This document shows, piece after piece, positions 47,675 through 57,042 of a stretch of DNA of 64,000 bases (position 1 is its first letter; the number at the start of each line of letters is the position of its first letter). The notes beneath the pieces are model-generated. The model was not told where the DNA came from and did no database searches. It was given only the letters and a program-made list of their open reading frames with translations. The stretch is taken from the IMG/VR virus record IMGVR_UViG_3300031134_000641. One strand, written 5' to 3'. Both the position numbers and the translations under genes were made by a program. Source of the DNA: an uncultured virus (IMG/VR IMGVR_UViG_3300031134_000641). Lineage: Duplodnaviria > Heunggongvirae > Uroviricota > Caudoviricetes.

Positions 47675-47764
47675 GGAAGCGTGGTAGAGCGGCTTATTAC
47701 ACCACCCTGCTAAGGTGGAGTTCCTGAAAGGGGACCGCAGGTTCAAATCCTGTCGCTTCCGCCA
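47675..47764 (+). tRNA. tRNA-Ser(GCT)
   Basis: ccacc-ctGCTaa-ggtgg; CCA. Confidence 0.95.
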
Positions 47765-48009
47765 AACAACTAAATAGCGTAACAATTTTTCTGGCTGATT
47801 CTTCGTAGGGGTATGAAGAACAGGACTCACGACTGCGAAACCCCTCCAGTGTGGTGAGTGCGACTTTCAAGTATGTCGGTCTAAAACTTGTTGCTTACAA
47901 TTGATGAGGCTGTAAGCAGAACTAAAGCTAGTAGCTTCGCGGGTTGATGTATTGAGGTTACCTTCGGGTAACTGAAACTGACGCAAAAGGCAAACGCCAC
48001 TCATCACAT

Positions 48010-48083
48010 GCTCTCTTAACTCAGTTGGCTAGAGTGCCACCTTTACACGGTGGAGGTCGGGGGTTCGAGTCCCTCAGGGAGCA
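48010..48083 (+). tRNA. tRNA-Val(TAC)
   Basis: ccacc-ttTACac-ggtgg. Confidence 0.95.
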
Positions 48084-48188
48084 CCGTGAACGGGTTTGTA
48101 TTCAACAACCAAATTGTTGAATACAAACCCGTTTTGTTTTTGAAAAGCGAGTGCCTAAGTAAAAATGAGCATCTGTTATATATAATGT

Positions 48189-49133
48189 ATGACAAGTACG
48201 AGAAACAGATGCGAATCAAAATTCGGGCGCGCACTATGCCGACACCACGGCACAGCACGTCCTGACTTCAGTAAAGGTGGTCTAAAGAACGAACTTAAAT
48301 CTTTAGACACTCAGATCTCTCACGCAAGCGCTAAAGCAGACTTTAATAAAGTTGAAGAACTGAAAGAAAAAGCCGAAACTGTACAGGCGCAGCTGTTCCG
48401 TATGCACCCACCAATTAACAAGCTTAGTCCTGCATACCAGAACTACGTAGCTAAAGGTGGAGACCGATACGGCGACAAAGCTCTCAACATAGGACGCCAC
48501 GAGTACATCGCAGAGGCTGTGAAAACACAGTTCGGTGCAGACTCAGAGGAGTACCGTTCATTCACTGCGAAAGACATTCCTGAGTCAAGCTACCTTGTAG
48601 ACCCAGCCAAGTTCTCTACAGCTTTTGGTGAAGCAGGAGACAAAAGCTTCGGCAACCCAACCGCTGAATTCCAAGTCAAGAAAGTCCAAGCTCTAGCATA
48701 CGCTAAGCTACATGGCGCTGACGGAATCCAGCTTGTTGACAAAGTTGGTGTCATGGGAAGAGGATGGGTGCCATACAAACTTCCTAAAGGGTCAGACAAA
48801 AGTGCTTTTATGGACTTTGATACCCGTAACAAAATTCAGCATTCCCCCACAATGTTTGCTTTCACACAGAACGCAAAAAATGTGTATGACTCAGCTAAAG
48901 TAGGTCTACAGGAACCAACTTCACTGATGGAACTTCCTGCTAAAGACGCTCCCAAGAAGCCATTGCAGCGTCACCCAATCAGCCGTGGAGGCGGCGATGA
49001 CAACTACGTAAGCCCGCGAGAACGTAAAGACAGAGAACGTGCAGAGTTCTACGCCACCATGGATTACGGCGTTTCCGGCAACAAACCTGAGAAGCCAAAG
49101 CCTGCTGGACGTAACTCCAAGTGGGATGACTGA
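48189..49133 (+). CDS. Cys-tag family hypothetical protein
   Basis: N-terminal CESKFGRALCRHHG. Confidence 0.65.
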   Translation: MTSTRNRCESKFGRALCRHHGTARPDFSKGGLKNELKSLDTQISHASAKADFNKVEELKEKAETVQAQLFRMHPPINKLSPAYQNYVAKGGDRYGDKALNIGRHEYIAEAVKTQFGADSEEYRSFTAKDIPESSYLVDPAKFSTAFGEAGDKSFGNPTAEFQVKKVQALAYAKLHGADGIQLVDKVGVMGRGWVPYKLPKGSDKSAFMDFDTRNKIQHSPTMFAFTQNAKNVYDSAKVGLQEPTSLMELPAKDAPKKPLQRHPISRGGGDDNYVSPRERKDRERAEFYATMDYGVSGNKPEKPKPAGRNSKWDD

Positions 49134-49220
49134 CAACAATAGATAAATACGAAACGCCCTACAGACTTATTATCTGTAGGGCGTTTCGTGTAACCAAGCT
49201 AAATATGGTATCATAGAAAC

Positions 49221-49940
49221 ATGGCAACTTATGACAACGAAAAACCAGTATGTCTAAACAAAGCATATCAGGAAGCCGTCAAAGCCAGCAAAGCTAACAA
49301 AACAGCATCAGAAGCACAAGAACTTGCTAACAAAAAGAATGAAATTTTAGAACAAAAACGCTTCATCAACCAGATGGAAGCAGAATTACAGCGAAAAGCA
49401 GAAGAGTTCTCTCCTACACTAGCGAACACGAACGCAAAAATAGTACAAGCAAAGAAGAGGAAGAAACCCGCCATGAGTACTTCAAGTGACGAGACTGTAA
49501 GCCAGAACTCATACCACATGGGTATTCGTGATGCACTAAAATACGTCACAGCTGTCAAAGCCGACCGAAACATCCTAGACCTAAGCTATATGCGCAAGCA
49601 CGCTGGAGTAACCATAAAGAACAGCAACCTCCAGTTCCTACAGAACATAACCGGACACAGACACCCTAAAGCAGTTTTCCTCAGAGTTGAAGTAGGCTAC
49701 ACAACAAAAACAGTAATCTGCCTCAACAAGACGCTCCTGAACGCAGAGAAAAAACAGGTCTTAGCTCGCATGCTCGGATATTATCTGTACACACTAAACC
49801 ACGGCATCCCCAGTGGAGACTACGTGTTCGTATACTCAGAAGAAAACACCGCGAAAAACCCCACCGACGACTATGCCGAAGGAGTCGGAGTGTTCCTAGA
49901 AAAACACATTAAACTCAGGAAAGATGACCCACTATCATGA
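49221..49940 (+). CDS. Coiled coil plus ImmA/IrrE-like domain lacking HExxH
   Basis: ICLNKTLLNAEKKQVLARMLGYYL. Confidence 0.5.
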   Translation: MATYDNEKPVCLNKAYQEAVKASKANKTASEAQELANKKNEILEQKRFINQMEAELQRKAEEFSPTLANTNAKIVQAKKRKKPAMSTSSDETVSQNSYHMGIRDALKYVTAVKADRNILDLSYMRKHAGVTIKNSNLQFLQNITGHRHPKAVFLRVEVGYTTKTVICLNKTLLNAEKKQVLARMLGYYLYTLNHGIPSGDYVFVYSEENTAKNPTDDYAEGVGVFLEKHIKLRKDDPLS

Positions 49941-50215
49941 CAGCAATCCTAGCCTCACAGCTAACAGAAAACCACTACAACAGAACTGTTGTATTCCTCA
50001 GCCAAGCTAAACTGCGTGCCTGGCCCCGATACCGTGAAGTAACAGGAGAATACAGCCTGGACATGACAACAAAGCAGACAAGAAAACACGGCCCACATAC
50101 TTTCACCATCAAATCAGTAACCCACAAAACAAACGGGCAGACCAGCATCAAATTCTATGGAATCCCCAACAACTTCCTCTGCGCACCCACCTGCGAAATA
50201 GAGTTTGCAAAATAG
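49937..50215 (+). CDS. Hypothetical protein
   Basis: ATGA-coupled ORF. Confidence 0.55.
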   Translation: MTAILASQLTENHYNRTVVFLSQAKLRAWPRYREVTGEYSLDMTTKQTRKHGPHTFTIKSVTHKTNGQTSIKFYGIPNNFLCAPTCEIEFAK

Positions 50216-50275
50216 TATGAAATGATGTACACTAGCAACACCAACGTAAACCAGCAAACGAGGTGAAAACAACCT

Positions 50276-51043
50276 ATGAGCATGACCGACTACACAACAC
50301 GCATTACAGCGAGGGAAGCCGAAAAGCTCTCCCGCCAATTCAACGAAGCATACTGTATCAACACAGAAGACAGCCGCTACTATGAGAATAGCGAATGGAC
50401 ATGGTGGTACGACGGCTCAGCAGACTCATACATGAACGCACCCGGAACAAAAGTTTATGACCAGCCACTCGGACCCCAAGAGAACATCCAAGTTCCCACA
50501 CATGTTAACCGAGAAGTGCTCAAAACAACCAACCCTGGACTAACCTATGAAAAAACATGGCACATCCCCGGATGCAGCACCCTGCGTAAGGCAGCCAGAA
50601 ACCCGTGGGAATACATAAACGAAATCCAGCACATCAGGTACAATAACCCTGAAGCAGAACCGTACAATGCTCTGCTCAAAGAGCACATGCGACGAATGAT
50701 TATCTCAAAAGATGACGAAATTCTTGCAAGCATTCCAGAAGACTACGACCTCAACACGGTACACCAAGAAACCTGGGACATGCTAGTAAGTTGCTCAGAC
50801 TACTATGTGGGCATGGACTTCTACAAGAAAATGCCAGCAGAAGCTGCCAAAACTAATCTGATAACAGAAGTACTCAAAGAAACTGAACTCAGCCAGCCTT
50901 GCCTTCTAGTGGCAGTACACGAAAACCCTGCATTTCAGGATTTACCACTAGAATGGTTCATGGCCCTGTGGACAACATACCCTAAGCGAGTACAGCAGTA
51001 CATCAAAAACAACGACCATCTGGAAGCGCTAAAGCGCCCATAA
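50276..51043 (+). CDS. Hypothetical protein (paralog of next gene)
   Basis: WHIPGCSTLRK; HENPAFQDLPLEWF. Confidence 0.65.
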   Translation: MSMTDYTTRITAREAEKLSRQFNEAYCINTEDSRYYENSEWTWWYDGSADSYMNAPGTKVYDQPLGPQENIQVPTHVNREVLKTTNPGLTYEKTWHIPGCSTLRKAARNPWEYINEIQHIRYNNPEAEPYNALLKEHMRRMIISKDDEILASIPEDYDLNTVHQETWDMLVSCSDYYVGMDFYKKMPAEAAKTNLITEVLKETELSQPCLLVAVHENPAFQDLPLEWFMALWTTYPKRVQQYIKNNDHLEALKRP

Positions 51044-51054
51044 GGAGTAAAAAG

Positions 51055-51615
51055 GTGAATTGGAACTACACAGTACATTACGCTAAATACGCTGTCCCAC
51101 GTAATGCAAAACCACATCTGCACCCAAAAGAGAACGACTGGATGAAAGAAACACCCCTCAAAGAAAGCGCGACAATCTGGAGGCTACGAGGTGCAGAGCA
51201 TCTACGTAAAACACAAAACAGCCCCTGGCTGCACGCAGCAGAAGTATACAGGACAGCTGAGGAAACACAAGACCCTCAGCTAGCCGAAACACTCAAACAC
51301 TACTACAAAACACTAATCATCCACCACGGGGCGACAATCTGGCATGACAAACCAGAGGCAACACCCTACAGCACATACGACTTCTGGGTAGCATACCGGC
51401 ACGCAGCTGACTGGGGAGTAGTGAAAGAAATCCTCAAAGAAATGCCCAGAGACCACGCAATCCGGTACGCCGCAGAAGCAATCCCAAACATATGGGCAGC
51501 CCAGACAGCAGATGAACTCAAAGCCATCCACAAAAACGCAGCATTCAAAGACTCACCATGGGATATGTTCATCGCAAGTTACCATGCATATGCAGATAAA
51601 GTAACAAGCAACTAA
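51055..51615 (+). CDS. Hypothetical protein (paralog of previous gene)
   Basis: WRLRGAEHLRK; HKNAAFKDSPWDMF. Confidence 0.65.
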   Translation: MNWNYTVHYAKYAVPRNAKPHLHPKENDWMKETPLKESATIWRLRGAEHLRKTQNSPWLHAAEVYRTAEETQDPQLAETLKHYYKTLIIHHGATIWHDKPEATPYSTYDFWVAYRHAADWGVVKEILKEMPRDHAIRYAAEAIPNIWAAQTADELKAIHKNAAFKDSPWDMFIASYHAYADKVTSN

Positions 51616-51741
51616 ATTGTTTGTCTAATTGGTCAACAAGCTGTTGACCAATTAGACAAACGAAATCAGGAAAAATATGAAAATGGTAAACAAGCACTAA
51701 AAAAGTGTGCTATGATAGAGATATAACAACAGAATAGATAT

Positions 51742-51816
51742 GCCGCTAAGGCCCAGTCTGGTGTGGGCAGGATACTTATAATATCAAGGTCGTGGGTTCA
51801 AATCCCACTAGCGGTA
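51742..51816 (+). tRNA. tRNA-Ile(TAT)
   Basis: ggata-ctTATaa-tatca; own upstream TG-TATGAT promoter. Confidence 0.8.
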
Positions 51817-51855
51817 CAACAGGTTCAATTATAACTTTTGTGGTATAGTTGAAGT

Positions 51856-53028
51856 ATGACTAATATTCGCATAACGGATCTACTGAAAAATAACCCCGAA
51901 GAGGTTACCAAAGTCATCCAGTCGTCTACTTCAATCACTGTAGCTGCAAAACGTTTGGGCGTAAGTGCAAACAATACCTTAGCCCGTAAGCACATCAAAG
52001 CTTTTGCTGATGCTCATAATATTGCCTTTTCAGTTAAAGAAAAATCACCTGCTAATAATCCCATGGTCAATCCAAAAGTGACAGCAGAGCAACGTAAAAA
52101 GCTAATAGTTGAAAAGTACTTTATTGTTCACCAGTCTGCTACTTCCGGCAATGCAGCTATCAAAAGTTACATCTTAAGATACGATCTTATCCCCTATGTT
52201 TGCTCAGCCAAAGATTGCGGTTTACCTGGTGAGTGGAAAGGCAAGATGCTAAGTCTCCATCTAGACCACAAAGATGGGAACAAGCAAAATTGCACTCTAG
52301 AAAATTTGCGTTTTTTGTGTCCTAATTGTCATTCTCAAACAGATACATACACCGCCAGGAACTCAAACGCTTATAAGGACATGTCTACCAGTGATTGCTT
52401 ACGCTGTGGAGAGATTTCAAAGAGTGGGGATTACTGTCGTGCATGTAAACCCTATGTATCTGTATCAAGCGAAAAATCTGAACTTCCTTCAATTTCTCAG
52501 CTTATACGAGAAGCCACAACATATAACCCCTTCTATGTGTCCAAGAAATATGGCCTAGACATTGCTACGTTGAAAAAGGTTATCGCGGCACCTGAAAACT
52601 ACTCAGCTTACCCTTCTCGTTCTAGAATTATCTTTCCTAAGGCAAAGGAAGTAGAAGCATACATTCTATCAAACCCTAGTTTGTCATTAGCGGAAGTTGC
52701 TCGCCACTATGATGTTCCTACTAATCCTTTCTATAATTATGTAAGAAACAACAACATCTCTGGGGTAGAACCATATACACCAGCTATCCAAGACGAATGC
52801 GCTTGCGGAAACCAGAAGAGTAGCCAAACTAAGTATTGCTCAACATGCCGCCCTTCTCAACTGAATACTAAGTATCCTCCTGTTGAGGAGCTTTTGTCTC
52901 GTGTTGAGTTGGAGGGGTATGAGGTGTTGTCTAGGGAGCTTGGTGTTTCCGGGAACGCTATTCGTAAGCATTTGAAGGTTCGCACTGGCAGCTATCCTAA
53001 GACTCGCTCTAGGTTGACTAAACCGTAA
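51856..53028 (+). CDS. HNH endonuclease with zinc ribbons and HTH repeats
   Basis: LHLDHKDGNKQNCTLENLRFLCPNCHSQT; CxxC pairs; LSRELGVSGNAIRK. Confidence 0.9.
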   Translation: MTNIRITDLLKNNPEEVTKVIQSSTSITVAAKRLGVSANNTLARKHIKAFADAHNIAFSVKEKSPANNPMVNPKVTAEQRKKLIVEKYFIVHQSATSGNAAIKSYILRYDLIPYVCSAKDCGLPGEWKGKMLSLHLDHKDGNKQNCTLENLRFLCPNCHSQTDTYTARNSNAYKDMSTSDCLRCGEISKSGDYCRACKPYVSVSSEKSELPSISQLIREATTYNPFYVSKKYGLDIATLKKVIAAPENYSAYPSRSRIIFPKAKEVEAYILSNPSLSLAEVARHYDVPTNPFYNYVRNNNISGVEPYTPAIQDECACGNQKSSQTKYCSTCRPSQLNTKYPPVEELLSRVELEGYEVLSRELGVSGNAIRKHLKVRTGSYPKTRSRLTKP

Positions 53029-53055
53029 GGCTAAGATTACTGTTAGTTATGATGT

Positions 53056-53964
53056 ATGTCTAAGTTTAAGCGTGTTCCTGTGGGTGATGGCAGTTTCTGC
53101 TATTCTGGTCCTGGATGCAAGCTTCATGCTGCTGAGCACAAAGAGTTTTTAGTAAGTTCTTTGGTGTCAGACTTTGAGGGTAGACACGCAAACGTTGGCA
53201 ATGTTGTCTCTGATGCTATCTGTGAGGGCAGTGTTGATGATTTGAATTCTTTGGAAGACCTTGGAGTTGACTCACATGCCCCTGGTTTAGCTGTTCGCAA
53301 GTGCGAAAAGCACGGTGTTTACCATAGGTATAACAAAGATAGAATCTCTGGTGTTATTTCAAGGTTCAATAGTCAGGCTAAAGCTCCTTTCAGGGAAGGT
53401 CTGGTTCAAGCGAAGAATGATGGTCTTCTGACTGGCCCTGATATCCCTGTTTACTCAGGTAAGATAAGTTTTATTTTGGGTGATACCTCCAGGTTAGCTG
53501 GTTTAGACGCTGACACGCAGACTCTTAAGGAGTATCAGTCTTCTCTAAGAAAAAGCAACCCGGAGCTATATGAAGCTTCTTTAGCTAAACGCAAGGGCCA
53601 TAGTGAGTCGGCACGTGCCGCTTTTGTTGAGGGTATACAGACTCCTGGTTATCAGGGTGACAAACCTAAAGAAAAGGTTGTTGTGCCCCCTAAGGTAGCT
53701 AGTGAGAATGTTCCTCCGGCAGCTTTGCTTGAGTATTGGAAGTGTGGTCGTAAGTCTTCTTATAGTTCGTTTGGTGAGGCTGAGTCTAATAAGACAAAGA
53801 ATGACACTTTGTCTACGTATAAGTGCAACTATGGGGATCATTATCATCTTGGGCATGGCGATGGTAAGTCATCTGATGAGTCTCAGTTAGAGAAGGCTGC
53901 GGTTCACTGGAAGTATCATTCTGAGTTAGCTGACCTTTTTGCGTTTCAGAAGAAGCTTATCTAA
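53056..53964 (+). CDS. Cys-tag family protein with C-terminal zinc finger
   Basis: FCYSGPGCKLH; CGRKSSY..YKCNYGDHYHLGH. Confidence 0.65.
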   Translation: MSKFKRVPVGDGSFCYSGPGCKLHAAEHKEFLVSSLVSDFEGRHANVGNVVSDAICEGSVDDLNSLEDLGVDSHAPGLAVRKCEKHGVYHRYNKDRISGVISRFNSQAKAPFREGLVQAKNDGLLTGPDIPVYSGKISFILGDTSRLAGLDADTQTLKEYQSSLRKSNPELYEASLAKRKGHSESARAAFVEGIQTPGYQGDKPKEKVVVPPKVASENVPPAALLEYWKCGRKSSYSSFGEAESNKTKNDTLSTYKCNYGDHYHLGHGDGKSSDESQLEKAAVHWKYHSELADLFAFQKKLI

Positions 53965-53987
53965 CTGCTGTCCGATATCTTTAGCCT

Positions 53988-54536
53988 ATGGCTGAGTTAT
54001 TGTTCCCTGATCGTAAGATGTGTAAATCGTGCGGTAAGCTGCTTGTTCCTGGCAGCGTTCTGAAGCGTTTGTTTTGTTCGTATAAGTGTGCGGGAGTACG
54101 TAAGCCTTCTGATGGCTTAGAGGCCGCTTCTAGGGCTTGTAAGAAGCCTTCTAAGGATGGTAAGGGCTGGGAGTGGAAGAAGCCTTACGACTACGCAGGT
54201 AAAGTACATCCTAAGCTACAGGCTGACCCTACAGTTAACATCTATGAGTGTGAGCGTTGCCTCATGTTCCATATTGGTCATAATAAGGTAGACAATGTTC
54301 CTGGTGTCGCCGGGGTTAACTTCAAGCGTGCGGTCCCTGATTTGCAGACTCTTGGTTCTGTGATTGAGCGGCGCAGGTTGCAGTATAACTTGGATAAAAA
54401 GATTCTTGCGAAAAAGATGAAGGTGCCTGCTATCCGTATCACTGAGATTGAGGCGGGTAACCCTAATATGAACATGGATGTTCTTTTCCGTCTACTGTTT
54501 GAGTTGCGTTTGACTTTTGAGCTTTCTGGTCGTTGA
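53988..54536 (+). CDS. Zinc-finger plus XRE-type HTH protein
   Basis: CKSC..FCSYKC; YECERCLMFH; LAKKMKVPAIRITEIEAG. Confidence 0.75.
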   Translation: MAELLFPDRKMCKSCGKLLVPGSVLKRLFCSYKCAGVRKPSDGLEAASRACKKPSKDGKGWEWKKPYDYAGKVHPKLQADPTVNIYECERCLMFHIGHNKVDNVPGVAGVNFKRAVPDLQTLGSVIERRRLQYNLDKKILAKKMKVPAIRITEIEAGNPNMNMDVLFRLLFELRLTFELSGR

Positions 54537-54599
54537 CCGACAAATGAAGTGTGGCCCTGAACTAAGTTAGTTCAGGGCCACACTTCATTTGTTTTGTAT

Positions 54600-55706
54600 T
54601 CAGTCGCAGTTGTCGCAGACGCCTTTAAGGTTTTTAGTCATGAAGCAAGAGGAGCAGATTTCCCCGTGTTTCTGTACGCTGGATGCGAACATTTCATTTT
54701 TCTTTTTCTCTCGCGCTTCAGCCTGGTTTTTGGAGGCTGAGATTGCACGGTTGACTGTTTCCTGTTGCTGCTGGCTTAGTGCTGAACTGAAATCAGATTT
54801 GCTTAGAGTGTCAGCCCATGTGTTGATTGTTGCTGCGCGGCGTCGGGCAACTGTTTCCTCGTATCCGCCGTCCTGCTGGATTGTTTTGACAAGATTCTCT
54901 TTGCTGTCTCCACCTTCACGGTAGGACTGCATGACTGGTGTTGCCTCTACCATCTGCTGTAGCATTTGTGTTCGCTGTTCTGGTGGGAGGGCAAGGAACT
55001 GCTGTCCAGCCATTGTCAGGTGGTATTGTGTGCCTTCAATATCGTCTTTGTGTTTCTCTACTAGACCGATGTAACCTGCGGCGTTAGCGTAGTATGAACC
55101 TTGACGGTCTACGGCTCCGATTGCTTCACCGATGCTGTCAGCTGTGTTAGCTCCACCGTTGATGCTGTCTACCACTGTGGACAGTTTGTCTAGGTTGTCT
55201 GCTTGTGGGACAGGCCAGTTTGAATACTCCTCATTGTATGTTGTGCCGTCATATGGCTTACGGGTGCTACTGATCCTTTTTCGGGTTTCCTGTAGACGGT
55301 CGGCTGCTGCCTGACGGGCAACGTCTTGGCGTAGTTTCTCTTTTGAGTTGATTCGTTCACGTAGGTGCTGGAGAGCGTAGAAGCCTTTCCCGGATACTGT
55401 GTTGACTTTCAGGGAACTGTCAAGCTTCTTCATTAAAGCTTTCTTCTTGTCCACTGGGATACCTGGGTGGCTGTAGATGGCGTGTTTTTCGCTTTTGACG
55501 AACTCTGCGAACTCTTTAGCTGTTGGTTCAGGGTATGCACCTGGTTCGTTGCGAAGTTCGTTCCATGTTTTTAGGGTGTCACCGAGAAGGTCGCGGTTAC
55601 GGTTTGAGCCGTTGTATGCTGTGATAGCTAGGGTGTCTATGACAGCTTGTTTAGCTGGATGGTGCGCGTCACAGCGTTTGCCGCCTTCAGCTTTGGATTC
55701 GCACAT
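54600..55706 (-). CDS. Cys-tag family protein with winged-helix-like cargo domain
   Basis: MCESKAEGGKRCDAHH; PQADNLDK..RQGSYYANAAGYIGLV..LTMAG..RRRAAT. Confidence 0.7.
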   Translation of the reverse strand: MCESKAEGGKRCDAHHPAKQAVIDTLAITAYNGSNRNRDLLGDTLKTWNELRNEPGAYPEPTAKEFAEFVKSEKHAIYSHPGIPVDKKKALMKKLDSSLKVNTVSGKGFYALQHLRERINSKEKLRQDVARQAAADRLQETRKRISSTRKPYDGTTYNEEYSNWPVPQADNLDKLSTVVDSINGGANTADSIGEAIGAVDRQGSYYANAAGYIGLVEKHKDDIEGTQYHLTMAGQQFLALPPEQRTQMLQQMVEATPVMQSYREGGDSKENLVKTIQQDGGYEETVARRRAATINTWADTLSKSDFSSALSQQQQETVNRAISASKNQAEAREKKKNEMFASSVQKHGEICSSCFMTKNLKGVCDNCD

Positions 55707-55831
55707 GAGTTGCCTTTCAGAGAATATGGTTACTCTTAATATTTATCGGGTTCAACAAACTTTTTGAGCGGGTATATCGTTTGTATATTTGATTGTTAGA
55801 TATGAAAGGTATCAACTATTGGAGATAAAAA

Positions 55832-56782
55832 ATGTGTTACGCCAAACCAGGTCCACGTTGTGCTCCTCATGCTGCTGAAAAGCGTCAGAAATCGCTTGTT
55901 AGACTGTATGAGGCGCTGCCTGAATCATATAAAGCCCGCGTTGACCCAGAGCTTAAAACCGATGAAATCAATTTGGCTAAGCTGCGTAAAGAAGTTGTGT
56001 CCTCTGCTGGTTATGAGCACGATTTTAGACGTGAATTTGGTGAACGTGCGGGCCAGAAAAATGAGCAGTTACGTAGCTTAGGTGAAAGTCTAAGGCTAGG
56101 TTCTATATCCGAGGACGAAGTAATCACTGCTATCAAAACTCTTGAATTATCGTTTGACACTACGCCTTACGAGAACGCGACACCCGCCAGGCCAATTGAC
56201 CATGTGGCATCTTTTGCATCTAGGGTCTTCAAGAAAGAAGAGTCAAACAGGGAAAAGTTAGCAAAAGCAATCAGTGCTAAAGCTGTTGACGACGGTTTTG
56301 CCATTATGGACCAAAGATTTGCTTATGATCGTAAGGCTGAAAACAATCCTCAACTTGCCATGGATGCTGCATCTGTACGAGAACTTCAGCGTGAAATTAA
56401 AAACACGGAAATTACTTTAGCTCGTAGGAAAGAGAAAGTAGCTGAAATTGCGTCCAAAGATTTGTCTTTTTCTGGAGACACAAAAATTTCTACTCTAAGT
56501 GAAGCCTACAGAGAGGCTAAGAAAGAACATCAGCTGACCCCCGGTTACCGTAATAATGCTCGTTCCGCTGCTGAGTATGCAACAAGGATGGGTGAGCCAG
56601 GCGCAGCAAAGTTGACACAGAGAAGCCAAAACCTTGACAAAGAATTCAGTGCAAAATATGCTGGCTGGCTTGGATCCCGAGAAGGCAAACAATATTCTAG
56701 GGCGAAAGATAAAGCCCGTCTATCTGAAGTAATTTCAAGTGACTACGAAAACTTTAAATCAAGTTTTGACAACATCAAATAG
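55832..56782 (+). CDS. Cys-tag family helical protein
   Basis: MCYAKPGPRCAPH. Confidence 0.75.
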   Translation: MCYAKPGPRCAPHAAEKRQKSLVRLYEALPESYKARVDPELKTDEINLAKLRKEVVSSAGYEHDFRREFGERAGQKNEQLRSLGESLRLGSISEDEVITAIKTLELSFDTTPYENATPARPIDHVASFASRVFKKEESNREKLAKAISAKAVDDGFAIMDQRFAYDRKAENNPQLAMDAASVRELQREIKNTEITLARRKEKVAEIASKDLSFSGDTKISTLSEAYREAKKEHQLTPGYRNNARSAAEYATRMGEPGAAKLTQRSQNLDKEFSAKYAGWLGSREGKQYSRAKDKARLSEVISSDYENFKSSFDNIK

Positions 56783-56878
56783 TCATCAAGAGTTAGCCTA
56801 ACCTGTAAAACCTATCTGCTACACAGGTTAGGCTAACTCTTTGATTTTCCCGATAAGTATGATATAGTCCTTATGTGC

Positions 56879-56950
56879 GCCCCTATGGTCCAAGGGATAA
56901 GGCGTCTCCCTCCTAAGGAGAAGATCCAGGTTCGAGTCCTGGTAGGGGCA
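56879..56950 (+). tRNA. tRNA-Arg(CCT)
   Basis: tctcc-ctCCTaa-ggaga. Confidence 0.95.
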
Positions 56951-57042
56951 CAGAAGTAATATTTGTTTCGCAACGAGTCCACTGCAAATTTAAGTTTGCA
57001 GTGGACTCGTTAGTTATAAAGCAATTACTTAGGAGTTTTATT

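Noticed and set aside
30500..48090. tmRNA, RNase P RNA or SRP RNA
   Set aside because: No tag reading frame within a tRNA-like domain, no GAGGAAAGUCC core and no SRP domain IV motif recognised by eye; a covariance search could still find divergent copies
30500..48300. Many 60-110 aa ORFs in the track overlapping tRNAs (e.g. 31379, 33490, 37556, 37893, 38954, 39694, 41669, 44373 and their antisense partners)
   Set aside because: They are translations of tRNA or ncRNA sequence (GSSP/GFEP-type artefacts) with no SD or protein features
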